NCBI GenBank assembly: GCA_002269645.1
Contig: NIVC01001387.1
Location: 128,136-192,135 of the forward strand
DNA: 64,000 nt
From: Macrostomum lignano
Lineage: Eukaryota
Direction of reading: 5' to 3'
The notes beneath the pieces are model-generated. The model made no database searches. It saw only the letters and a program-made list of their open reading frames with translations, and was not told the DNA's origin. Positions 49,064-61,382 of the stretch are shown here, piece by piece. Numbering within the stretch: position 1 is the first letter of the stretch; the number at the start of each line of letters is the position of its first letter. The position numbers were made by a program, and so were the translations under genes.

Positions 49064-49569
49064 CTGGAATAGTGTGATAACGTAGGTGTGTTTCATCAGG
49101 ATAATAAGAACAGCAACACAATATGCGAGAAGTTGGAATTGGCTAAAACTATACTGAGGCAAGGTTGAAGTAAAAAAATGACTGCACTAAACGACTTTGA
49201 GAATGAAGTTTTTTGTGCATTTGACTTTCGAGCAGAAGCCTCATAATTAACAAATTACTTAGGAAGGGTTGAGAAAGAAAAACTGCTGACAGAAAAGCAA
49301 TGGAAGTTGAGTAGGCGTAGGACTATAAGGGAGGTGGCTCTAGGGAACTGAACCCTAAAGACACTGCATGGTTATTGTAAAGCAGGTGCTTTTTTCTAAA
49401 TAAAAAGGCCAAGGGCTGCCTTGCTGTGTAGGCAATGCTTAGCATATTGTCTAGATCTTCGCCTTGAGATAGTTTTATTCGTTTCTTAACTTTATTGATT
49501 GTACTCGTAGATAAATGCTTTACAGTAAAAACTGGCTGGCTTCAGTTGATTACAAACTTTGTCTCTTGT

Positions 49570-50860
49570 CCCCTGTCCCCTGTCTCTTGGTGAGCGCCCC
49601 TGTCTCTTGGTGGGCGCCCCTGTCTCTTGGTGAGCGCCCCTGTCTCTTGGTGGGCGCCCCTGTCTCTTGGTGGGCGCCCCTGTCTCTTGGTGGGCGCCCC
49701 GGTCTTTTGGTGGGCGCCCCTGTCTCTTAGTGGGCGCCCCGGTCTCTTGGTGGGCGCCCCGGTCTCTTGGTGGGCGCCCCTGTCTCTTAGTTGGCGCCCC
49801 TGGCTCTTGGTGGGCGACCCTGTCTCTTGGTGAGCGCCCCTGTCTCTTGGTGGGCGCCCCTGTCTCTTGGTGAGCGCCCCTGTCTCTTGGTGGGCGCCCC
49901 TGTCTCTTGGTGGGCGCCCCTGTCTCTTGGTGGGCGCCCCTGTCTCTTAGACGGCGCCCCCTGTCTGTTGGTGGGCGCCCCTGTCTCTCGGTGGGCGCCC
50001 CTGTCTCTTAGAGGACGCCCCCTGTCTTTTGGTGGGCGTCCCTGTCTCTTGGTGGGCGCCCCTGTCTCTTGGTGGGCGCCCCGGTCTTTTGGTGGGCGCC
50101 CCTGTCTCTTAGTGGGCGCCCCGGTCTCTTGGTGGGCGCCCCGGTCTCTTGGTGGGCGCCCCTGTCTCTTAGTTGGCGCCCCTGGCTCTTGGTGGGCGAC
50201 CCTGTCTCTTGGTGAGCGCCCCTGTCTCTTGGTGGGCGCCCCTGTCTCTTGGTGAGCGCCCCTGTCTCTTGGTGGGCGCCCCTGTCTCTTGGTGGGCGCC
50301 CCTGTCTCTTGGTGGGCGCCCCGGTCTTTTGGTGGGCGCCCCTGTCTCTTAGTGGGCGCCCCGGTCTCTTGGTGGGCGCCCCGGTCTCTTGGTGGGCGCC
50401 CCTGTCTCTTAGTTGGCGCCCCTGGCTCTTGGTGGGCGACCCTGTCTCTTGGTGAGCGCCCCTGTCTCTTGGTGGGCGCCCCTGTCTCTTGGTGAGCGCC
50501 CCTGTCTCTTGGTGGGCGCCCCTGTCTCTTGGTGGGCGCCCCTGTCTCTTGGTGGGCGCCCCTGTCTCTTGGTGGGCGCCCCTGTCTCTTGGTGGGCGCC
50601 CCGGTCTTTTGGTGGGCGCCCCTGTCTTTTAGTGGGCGCCCCGGTCTCTTGGTGGGCGCCCCGGTCTCTTGGTGGGCGCCCCTGTCTCTTAGTTGGCGCC
50701 CCTGGCTCTTGGTGGGCGACCCTGTCTCTTGGTGAGCGCCCCTGTCTCTTGGTGGGCGCCCCTGTCTCTTGGTGGGCGCCCCTGTCTCTTGGTGGGCGCC
50801 CCTGTCTCTTGGTGGGCGCCCCTGTCTCTTGGTGGGCGCCCCTGTCTCTTGGTGAGCGCT
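49570..50860. repeat. 20-bp minisatellite (GGGCGCCCCTGTCTCTTGGT), PSMD13 intron 2
   Basis: About 64 copies with higher-order blocks. Confidence 0.97.
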
Positions 50861-51076
50861 CCCGTCTATTGATGGGCTAAAAATCTTGCTAAATTGCTGT
50901 TTTTTACTTTAGTACACAGTTGAAAAATACATTGACATAATCAGGAAAAATTGATCAGGTAATAAAATACCTTATCGATAGAATGGAATGGAACTTAACT
51001 AGAACTCAAACTACACTTCTACTTGCAAGACGCTAGCACATACATTATGTATATACATTATTCATTTGAAACTTAC

Positions 51077-51155
51077 ATCAATCAAGACATTGGACTGGAA
51101 AACTGCTTCTTTGTTGACAAACTCCAATAGTTTCAGAGTTAGCTGATGCCATAGC
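51077..51155 (-). CDS. PSMD13: PSMD13 exon 2 (LWHQLTLKLLEFVNKEAVFQSNVLID)
   Basis: Diagnostic LWHQLT; TTTTTACAG acceptor and GTAAG donor. Confidence 0.92.
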
Positions 51156-53920
51156 CTGTAAAAAATTATGAAATATGATTAAATTGTAGCAGTTGTAATA
51201 TATCGCATAGCATGAAATATTTATAAATTTGATATTGGACCATGCCTTCTTTGATCTAATCTAAGTAGACTAGAAATACTCCGGACCAGTCTAGATTGTT
51301 GCTTATGCCAAAAAGTATCAATAAGTATTAGTAAGTATCAAGCTTATTTCTACAATGTTGTACAGTAGGGTGTCTGTCCGCACATTTTTCATTTCTAGAC
51401 TCTAAGTTTTTCCAGGTTTACTATGACCAAATGAATAAAGCAAATAAAGAAGTCACCCAGTGTTTGCCACTATCAAAGAAGGCAAGATTGCAAACAATTC
51501 AATAGGCTTTTGTTATCTAATCTTTTTTGGAACCAACTAAAAAGTAGGCTATTGTTTTCATAAAAACTCTTAATAAGCATTAAAGATTTTGTTACTTTGG
51601 TTACTTAAACATTACAAGATATGTAGGAGGGAAAGGGAAGATAAGAACATTAAAGAAAGGGAGAGAGAGAGAAGGGGATAAAAAACGAGAGGCAAGAGGA
51701 GAGAGGGAAAAGAAGAGAGGGGAAATAAGAAAGGGAAGAAAGGAAAAAAGAGAGAAGCAAAGGGAGGAAAAAAGAAGAGAAATGATAAAAAAAAGAAAGG
51801 AAAGAAAGAAGATGAAAAGAAAAGAGGAAAAGAGGAAAGAGAAGCCTATTGCAACCAAAGGCCATTATTGCAGACAATGACTAGCACAAATTGGCCTTCA
51901 ATATTGGCAGGTACAGTTTGGCATGGTGATGGGGTTTTGGCGCATGAAAGGGGAGTGTTTGGTGCAATTTAGACCTTGGCTGCAATAGGGAAAGAGAAGG
52001 AAAAAGAAGAGAAAATAGTCAAAAGATGATAAGTTAATAGATATAAAGCTATGCTTTATGCAATAAGGATATTATAGCATTGTGACTTTCCAAATTGCAA
52101 CTTGAAACCAGGCCTTGGATAAAATTTTCCATTTTAGTGCCAGCAAAAACATCAAGCCAGGTTTTTTACACTTCTAATTCAATAGAATTACTATATAACA
52201 TTTTGACTCTTCATATCATATCTAAGTCTTAGATATCTTAGACTAAGATTGGACTTTTTAGATAAGATTTTGTATTTTGGCATTAGCATTGAATATAGCT
52301 CATAGTGTACATTTTTCCTAAATGCATTTTTGCAACTAATTACTAATAGCAAGGAGTCCCAATGGCAATGCTATATCTATGATATTCTTACTAAGTACTA
52401 TTGGCTAATAGCATATTGTAACCATAGCAAAAAGCTAGGCAATGCTTATCCCTGTAGTACCATAAGAATAATTTGTCTTGTTCCTATAATACTATAGGAA
52501 TAATTTTTTGCTTAACTGTATAGCACACTAATGAGATAGCTGCCCTATCTTCTCCATACTCCAGATCATGTAATAAAAATCAACCAAATTATTTGCCAAA
52601 AATGGTCCATTATGCAATTCAAAAAAGTAATTTATTATATCCACATAAAAAGTCATTTATTGTCAATGTCACAACACTGGTGTAGTTTTGATAATGGGTG
52701 TGCACGCAATTTTTTGGCATGCATTTGTAATTATTCAATTTTTCTTCGGGTGTGCACTTAGCATGATTTGGACTATTGTATTTTCCATACAAGTGCAACA
52801 GTCGGCCGAGTTGGCCAATCCGGCCAACTGATTTGGTGGCCAACCAAGGAAGTTGCAAAAATGCCCACTCAAAAAACACACAAGTAGTAGTACTAAATAG
52901 CTGACGAGGCATTTTGGCTTAATAAGACAGTCATAGTTACTCCTGCCGTTTACCCAAAGTTGCGGTAATTTTGCTATAGAGTTTTTTACATGTAAGTCAT
53001 ATTTTTAGCCAAAAACTACATCGCATTTTTGTTAAAACTAAGTCGTACGGCCGACCGAATTTTGGAGGTTGCACATGTATGGTATCTTCTATATGGTTTC
53101 TATTTTTTTATTCTATAATATAAAACAAATGTTCAAGTAAAGTTATATTGTTGTACTGCAATGAAACTACAATTAAAAAACTGTAAACTATTCCTTACAG
53201 TATCTGTAGAAAGAGAGGATAGTCATTGTGATATATAGATAAGACATTAATTATTGGACTTTTTGAACTTTAGGTAATAGGTACATAAATTACTTCCAAT
53301 TTTCTGATTTTTCTGAAACTTTTGCCAGAGTATTAGAGGCTATCCAAAATGATATTAAAGCAAAAAACTGCAAAAAAAAACTTTTAGAGTTAACAAGAGC
53401 TTAATTTGTTAATCCCCATGTAATTAGTGATAATTTGATGCAAGCACTTTTGGAGAATTGTATATTTAAAAATTAAAACTTTTTTTAGAATCATGACTTA
53501 ATGTAAAATGTAAAATGTAAATATTTTTTCACAATTTAATGAACTTATTTTAAAAGAACATTTAGAGGGTTAGAATTTTAACTCCAATAAAAAGAGTGTC
53601 GATTGTAATTCTTCTTCACCAGTTTGCTATAATGCAACAAGAATGCCACTTTTAAATTGGTGTTTTTAAAAAATGCTAACCCACAGTTTACTACCACTTT
53701 CATCTCCCACTTTTGATTTGCTATCATTCTCTCATGATTGTGACTAGCTATACATTTTTACTTGTTTACCTATAGTCATTTCTACTAATCTGCATTGTTT
53801 ATCTATTCTAAAGGTAACTACAGCTGTTGATATCAATTAGTTTGATGGGATTATATTTTTTCTCCATGGAGGTATTTGATAACTTGCTGAATTTTTAATT
53901 TAAGCTTCATTACAATTCTC

Positions 53921-54230
53921 CCCTGGACCCCCTCAGTCTCCAAATTTATCTACCTAATCTACAATAGACGCCCATGCTTTTATTGAAGTTTAGGTACATA
54001 AAATCAATCCTTATGAAGATTCTCCATATCATAAAACCCCTCATTCCCTATGCCATAGTAGTTGGTAGTTGTCAACCACCCCCCCTTGCCCCCTTGACAT
54101 CAGCCTCCAAATTTATCTACCTAATCTTTAATAGACCTCCATGTCTCTATTGAAGTTTAGGTATATAAAATCATTCCCTATAAAGATTCTTTGTATCCTA
54201 AAAACCCCCATTTCCCATGCCCTAGTAGTT
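53921..54230. repeat. Two tandem copies of a 130-170-bp dispersed repeat, with an inverted copy at 57566-57691
   Basis: CTCCAAATTTATCTACCTAATCT...TATTGAAGTTTAGGTA occurs twice here and reverse-complemented near 57.6 kb. Confidence 0.85.
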
Positions 54231-55057
54231 GGCTTTAAGCTATAAAAAATGAAGCTCAAATTTGAAATCAGCACCATCAAAAACCCTTTATAGAGACAAA
54301 ACTATGATCCTATCAAAACTGCAACTATTTTATCTACCTAGGCCCTAAAGTTCAAGAAATCCTAATTATTCATTATAGTATCTACTAATATAAAATAGAA
54401 TAACTATCTTGTTAATAGGCCATGCAAATAAGCAAAAAAAATTATTCCAATAGTACCATAGCATAGTAAGACTAAGACAGTCCTAGGACTAGGACTAATA
54501 ACTATGATATATTATGAATAAGTACTGATAAAAAGTTATAATAAATTTATTAGCTATAGATATATAGATATTTCTATTGATTGGCTATAGAAAAAAATCT
54601 GAGTTATGCCTATGGATATGGATATAGGAAAATTTTGGTTATGACAAAATTCTAAACTATATAATAATATTATATTTATAATTAATTAATGGCAGTGACT
54701 ATTTGTCTAGTATTGGATAAATAAGGGCCTAATGTAACTATTATTTATCCAGTACTGGATAATGAAGTTATTTGTCCGGCACAGTATGGATGTGGATATA
54801 TAATAAAAACTTGTAAAATATAGGGAATACTCAAAAAAGTAGTGTACAGTTCACTTTTAGGCTAAAAGTAGAAAATATTTGTTATGATTAGATAGTGCTG
54901 TTTCTCAAAAATTCTAGAATTTTGGTAAAAAAATTTGGGCATAGTCTACATGTCATATCCCGATCCAGCAGTTTTAAATAATTTTTACCTTTACTATATT
55001 TTGTTTTATTCAAATCGGAATGGTTTCACAATAAACAGTAGTCATAGTACAGTCAAA

Positions 55058-55804
55058 CCCTATTGGAATAAGTTTTAAAAACCCGCAGACGCGCGACACG
55101 GGTGCCAAAATTGTGCCCTCAAAAGTGCGACGCGACACCAAATTTTGTTGACTGGGGGGCGGCGACGAGCGACACAACACCGATGTCTGTTGACCAAATG
55201 ACAGGGGGGGGGGGGGGAAGGACGCCACAGCAGCCACGTTGCAATTGACAATTCTTGTTCTGCCATTCACTCCCAACACCAAGACCATGGAGCGAGGGAC
55301 AAGAGTATTCCTTTCAATTTCGTGGAAAAAGAAATGAAATTTAAAAACAATAAACAGTAAAACAACAAAGGTACAACAGTTAGAAAAACAGCGCATGCAT
55401 TGTAACTAACAAGTAACCTTTCTAAAAATTATATTTGAAGTATTAGTTATTTTACTGTCAAAATAAAAAAGAACAATTCAAGAATTAGTTTTTATCAAAC
55501 ATGTTTGAAACATTTAAATACCGAGAAACAACCGTGAACATATTATTACAATGAAACACAGTTTGCGAGGTTTTGGCTGCAGATCTAGGCCGCAACACGA
55601 CACATGACAACACCAGCCACCAAGTTGCCACACTTTCGCATCTTGTTGTGTCATGTCGCGCGACACAACGCATGACAATACCAGGTTTCCAGTGTCGCAC
55701 GACGCAACACACCACTTGACACCACTGTCGCGCGATGCGACACCAGGAGAATCCAAAAATGCAATGGACGGTCGTCCACATTTTGTCAACTTATTTCAAT
55801 AGGG
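55058..55804. mobile_element. 747-bp non-autonomous DNA transposon in PSMD13 intron 1
   Basis: 17-bp TIR CCCTATTGGAATAAGTT / AACTTATTTCAATAGGG; perfect 8-bp TSD CAGTCAAA (55050-55057, 55805-55812); many GCGACAC subterminal motifs. Confidence 0.88.
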
Positions 55805-56464
55805 CAGTCAAATTTTATAATGACATTTGCTGCTGTATAACACAAATGCCAAAGTAAGGACTTAGAATTATTACAATAACACTTGGAGTTGTTACAATAA
55901 AAAAAGTGGAGTCATCACTACAGATTTAAACTCAGTACTGACTGATCATCAGGAAGACACTCTAATATCAAGCTAGTATACCTTCCAAATTAGCATTGCA
56001 AAAAGATGCCCAGAGTGGCATATATAAATTCACGTAGGCCTAGCTTAGCTGGTACAAGACAAATAACTTCACTGTTATTTATCCAGTACCAGACAAATAA
56101 CTTCACTTTTATTTATCTGGTACCGGACAAATGGTCACTACCTTAATTAATTTATTACTAATATATTTATCAACTTAATTTTAGGCTTCTCTTATATTAT
56201 CATATATTTTTGCATTATTATATTTATAAATATATTTTTATGTTTTGTACGCTATGCCAATGCCATTTAAGTGATGCATAGTTTTGCTAAAGAAATTGTC
56301 TGATATTCCAGCCTATGCTCTACTATAGCCTACTTATTATAGTTAGATGTTTGATATGATTTTGAAAAGCTGTTTTGAAATAACAGAGTTACTCTTTTGG
56401 TAAAACTAAGACAGCAAAATGAAATGCTGTATGTCATGCTACAATTTAAAAGTAAGCAACTTAC

Positions 56465-56574
56465 TTCTTCAGATAGTACTTTTCAATGATTTGCCAGTCC
56501 TCTGCAAAAATGTCATTGGAACGTTTTTGAACATCTAAGTAGTTCTCGGCTGCTGATTGGCTAGTCATTGTCAT
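56465..56574 (-). CDS. PSMD13: 26S proteasome lid subunit Rpn9/PSMD13 exon 1 (MTMTSQSAAENYLDVQKRSNDIFAEDWQIIEKYYLK)
   Basis: Aligns to the PSMD13 N-terminus (W..LEE.Y.KK); GTAAG donor; phase 2 completes KLWHQLT. Confidence 0.85.
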
Positions 56575-56746
56575 TGCTATTGATAATAATGCTGGATTTT
56601 GTTAATGAAAAAAATTAACTGACTACGTTTTTGTGGTGAATAATATGCAGTTCAGCCTGCCCAGTAGCTAAAAAATCAATATCGTAGCAAATTTTTGGAT
56701 TTTCAAGACAATTTCTCAGAAAGTCATTCAAATGTTTAAAGAAAAT

Positions 56747-57113
56747 CCCTAAAACACGCACCGCCCCGCCCCACAGCGCTACACGTTAAAACAAATTAGA
56801 CTATAACTGAAGACATTTAAAAATGCATTTTATGTTAAGCTTTAAGCTTTTATAAAATTTAGTTTTTTTACTGTGAAAAATTAAATTTGATGTATAATAA
56901 GTGATATTAATAATAATATTAATAAAATTAATAATAATTTAATTTAATAATGCAAACGAGAATATGAAAAATAATAATAATATTTTAGGTAATAAATAAA
57001 GTTAATTATTCTGTTACTCTTACAACAAATAGTTTTCTTTGCAAGCAAAATACTGCATTGACAAAAATGTTATAATGTGTAGCGGTCGGGGCGGTGCGGT
57101 GCGTGTTTTAGGG
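56747..57113. mobile_element. MITE-like element (about 370 bp) just upstream of the PSMD13 start codon
   Basis: TIR CCCTAAAACACGCACCGC / GCGGTGCGTGTTTTAGGG with further imperfect pairing and an AT-rich centre; no TSD evident. Confidence 0.65.
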
Positions 57114-57411
57114 AGACCCATGTTTAAATATTTGACTGTAAAGTAATCACCATATAAACAAAGCTAAAGCTGTAAGTTGTTGAATTTAAATATAGCATCT
57201 AGCAACAAACTAAATAAGCTTTTAAAAAATAAACAACTGGCTATTTCGTTATTTAAAAGTGATTTGACTTTGAAGTCTAATTCTTAAATTCGTTGTAACT
57301 TGTAAATCATGGAGTGGGTGAGTGACGCAAGTAGTTGATATGGGTGGGGTACAGGGAAACATATGAAAATAAATGTGAAAATAAACACAGATCAAGTTAG
57401 ATTAAATTATT

Positions 57412-57451
57412 CCAACGCGTTTCGGTCCGACGACAAGGGCCATCTTCAGGG
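57412..57451 (-). other. Penelope-type minimal hammerhead ribozyme relic
   Basis: Minus strand reads CC-CTGAAGA-T-GGCCC-loop-GGACC-GAAA-CGCGTT-GG; palindromic stem III; stem I only 2 bp. Confidence 0.5.
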
Positions 57452-57565
57452 TCTGATGTATTTTTCACTCACGCAACAAAACTACTTTTATAAGAGATAA
57501 ATAGAGAACATTAGCAGAAACAGAAAAGAAAAATATCCCTAGTAGTGACCAACCACCTACTAGAA

Positions 57566-57691
57566 TAAGGGGTTTTGGGGTAGGGAGAATCTAATTCATA
57601 GGGATTGATTTTATGTACCTAAACTTCAATAGAGACATTGGGGTCTATTGTAGATTAGGTAGATAAATTTGGAGACTGAGGGCGTCCAGGG
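57566..57691. repeat. Inverted copy of the 53921-54050 repeat
   Basis: Direct reverse-complement match by eye. Confidence 0.85.
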
Positions 57692-59496
57692 GGGGGGTTG
57701 TAATGTAAAAGCTGTGGCCAACTCGTCAGCTTATCTCCAAATTTGTGAACGGTTACATGGACTTCTTAATTTCCTAAAATCCGAAACTAACTTTTATTAC
57801 GTAAATTAATTTTTTTCATGTTTACACAGCGTTAGTGTAAATCCAGATTTTTTCTTCAAAGTCGCCAAAATAAGCGCCTGCGGCACTAAATGAGTATTAG
57901 ATCTTGCGGTAATCAAATCACTACAACATGTAACAAAACCATTTTTTAAGTAAATATTAGAATTTTTCTTTTAGATAGCTTTTGTCTACATGTGCATGTA
58001 AATTGAACGGCGGATTACCAATTCATATGGCACACAGAGCACCGTACTAAAAGCGGTGCTCATCCTACATGTAAAGCATAAAATCAGCATGCCTCCTAGC
58101 TTAAATGAAGAAGAAAATTACGAGTCAGCAAACGCTGCTACAGTGTGTACATGTATATTGTGGAAATTACATGTAGTAATGTACATCTACTCGATCATTA
58201 CATTTAAAATATGTTACTGTTTTATGTCAACCAATTAAATGCAATTTAAAATTCGCATTTGCAAATTGACATGCGCGTGTACATGTACATAATTCTAGCT
58301 GTATGATTCGATCATGCCCGGGCCACCATTCAGCCGAAACTTATTTCTGCTAGGATCGAATTCTTACATACATGTATGACTGCACATGTCTCAATAGGAC
58401 ATATCCAACCAACGAGCCCATATAGACGCATGGCTAGCTGAGAATTTGTTGTTCATATGGGCTTTGATTAGGTTGAGATGTGTAGTCCGTAAGTCTTTGT
58501 TTCAGTGCAGGCGATCAGCTACATGCTGCAACTTCTTGCTGAAAAATAATATTTTCCCTCAAGAAGATCAGTGCAAGCAGTACAGTGTAGATCGCGAAAA
58601 TCTAAATCAGAAATACAGAATTCAAGAAAAAAATTCTCCTAAAATTAATCTGCTACCAGATGTCCAGATCCCAAAAGGGGATTTTCGCTACAAAACGCTG
58701 CAGTTTTTGATGATTCAACGCTCATCAAGGACCATAGGAGAAGCCGCGGCGAGCAGAGATGCGGCTCCCATAACTCAAAACTCCCCAAGCAATTCCGAAG
58801 AGATTATAAACTATAAAATTAGCCTAAAGAGAGTTGGAGAAGAGCATATTTGAGAATGCGATTAAATGATCAGCATTGAATAGATCGAGTAGACTGGCAG
58901 GATTCTGCTGCAACCCTGCCGCGTAACTTCATTCATTCTGGCAGGGCTCGTTGACTCACCACTTCAATAAATTAGCTAGCATGTGTACATCACGTTACTC
59001 TGGTTCCTCTGTATTCATCATTTTTGTCATGCGAGATACGTTTTCCGCGCCGCACGGGACATTGTCCCAACTAAAGCTTTCATGGCTTATACATATATTT
59101 TGGCTTTGATAGGAGGCCAGCATATTTATAACTGCATATAAACAGGACTCAACCAAAAGCTATAAGACCCTCGGGAATGTGGATGCTGCATTGATTACGC
59201 GAGCTATGAGGTTGCTCGAACCTTCGTTGCTATACTGCATGCTAGCTTGTTGGCGATCGAGTGGGGCAGCTTTAGAGCGCGGTTGCGTCAGAGAGTCTTG
59301 CTGGCTCTCCCGGATTCTCGACTTGCCGTGCGTGCAGCGGCGCTCTTCAGAGATCAGCGCTGCTGATCGAAGATTGGAGACGATGATTTCTAGCTGTAGC
59401 AAATGAGATTTCGTTTCGCGTAGATATTTTGTGTGAGCTGTTTAGTTCAGGAGCGCCGAGGACGGGGCTTTCTATTGTGGCGGCGCGGCTTTCCGG

Positions 59497-60437
59497 GAGG
59501 GCGCCAGCACCAAGGGGCGCCAGCACCAAGGGGCGCCAGCACCAAGGGGCGCCAGCACCAAGGGGCGCCAGCACCAAGGGGCGCCAGCACCAAGGGGCGC
59601 CAGCACCAAGGGGCGCCAGCACCAAGGGGCGCCAGCACCAAGGGGCGCCAGCACCAAGGGGCGCCAGCACCAAGGGGCGCCAGCACCAAGGGGCGCCAGC
59701 ACCAAGGGGCGCCAGCACCAAGGGGCGCCAGCACCAAGGGGCGCCAGCACCAAGGGGCGCCAGCACCAAGGGGCGCCAGCACCAAGGGGCGCCAGCAACA
59801 AGGGGCGCCAGCACCAAGGGGCGCCAGCACCAAGGGGCGCCAGCACCAAGGGGCGCCAGCACCAAGGGGCGCCAGCACCAAGGGGCGCCAGCACCAAGGG
59901 GCGCCAGCAACAAGGGGCGCCAGCACCAAGGGGCGCCAGCACCAAGGGGCGCCAGCACCAAGGGGCGCCAGCACCAAGGGGCGCCAGCACCAAGGGGCGC
60001 CAGCACCAAGGGGCGCCAGCACCAAGGGGCGCCAGCACCAAGGGGCGCCAGCACCAAGGGGCGCCAGCACCAAGGGGCGCCAGCACCAAGGGGCGCCAGC
60101 ACCAAGGGGCGCCAGCACCAAGGGGCGCCAGCAACAAGGGGCGCCAGCACCAAGGGGCGCCAGCACCAAGGGGCACCAGCATCATTTTATAGCGGGGACT
60201 TCAGTGCCGCTTCAGATTCAGTTTAGAGCGACTTCAGTGCCGCTTCAGATTCAGTTTAGAGCGACTTCAGTGCCGCTTCAGATTCAGTTTAGAGCGACTT
60301 CAGTGCCGCTTCAGATTCAGTTTAGAGCGACTTCAGTGCCGCTTCAGATTCAGTTTAGAGCGACTTCAGTGCCGCTTCAGATTCAGTTTAGAGCGACTTC
60401 AGTGCCGCTTCAGATTCAGTTTAGAGCGACTTCAGTG
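59497..60437. repeat. 16-bp array (CAGCACCAAGGGGCGC, 59497-60180) and 33-bp array (60197-60437)
   Basis: Directly visible; explains the overlapping ORFs in several frames. Confidence 0.96.
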
Positions 60438-61274
60438 CCCTTCAGTATCACATTCAGTTTTCATTGCAACTTTCAATGTGACCCCTTATGTACAATTTAC
60501 TTTTACAAATCTGGTTTGAATCAAAATTAATTGTGTTGTTTTCCCAATAAATTCAAATTAATTAAATCCGACAGCTCAGTGAAGGCTCACTCGGGTATTC
60601 AATTCACATCAAATCACTCGCTTGTTCTCTGGCTTGATGCTGCACTACAGAACCCATTCCCCTCAGGCTAGCCAAAATCCTTTTTTAAGGACGCGATTTC
60701 ATTGGCTCAGAGCTGGCCAGCCAATAGGAGTTGAGCCGTTCAAGAAGCCCCAATGCCAACCCTTCTCTCATCCAGCCTCGTTTGCTTGTTTCATCGCGTT
60801 TTAACTGAAGGGCAGTTCCTTACGATAGTTTTATCAAACGACTGGTCTGAACAGATAACCTGGGTCGACAGCGGCTTCTCTATGTACATCAGGTGCGCCA
60901 TTGTCTAGCATTCTCTGTCCAGCACAACCAGTTTCAATAATCCTGAGTCTGACGTGAACGACTAGAAAAAAATAGCAAAAAACTCACAGATAGACTGACA
61001 GACTGCAGGACTCAAATCATTTCTTATTGTCTTAGCAGAGAAACGGCTCATTTTACGTCTTTGGACTGTAGCCAAACCTGTCTCAGGTCTCAGCCTATTC
61101 CTCTCTGAGTAAAGTTCCACTTTGTATTTAAAAGCCTGACTTGTGGCCAGGTCTATCTAATACACAGCGCATTCTGTCAGGGGCACATTTGCTGCTTGTC
61201 TTCAGCACGGTATACAGCCGAGTCTGACTTGAACCGTAAGTTGAATTAAAGTTACCTTTGCTTGTCAACTTTTG

Positions 61275-61316
61275 TCTCAGTGTCTTTCTCAGTGTCTGTC
61301 TCAGTGTCTGTCTCAG

Positions 61317-61381
<65 letters not shown>

Positions 61382-61382
61382 G
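61275..61382. repeat. (TGTC)n microsatellite
   Basis: Directly visible. Confidence 0.9.

Noticed and set aside
58446-58853. 135-aa plus-strand ORF, faintly like a Merlin/IS1595 zinc-ribbon N-terminus
   Set aside because: Non-ATG start, no DDE motif and no matching TIRs; the similarity is too weak to call.
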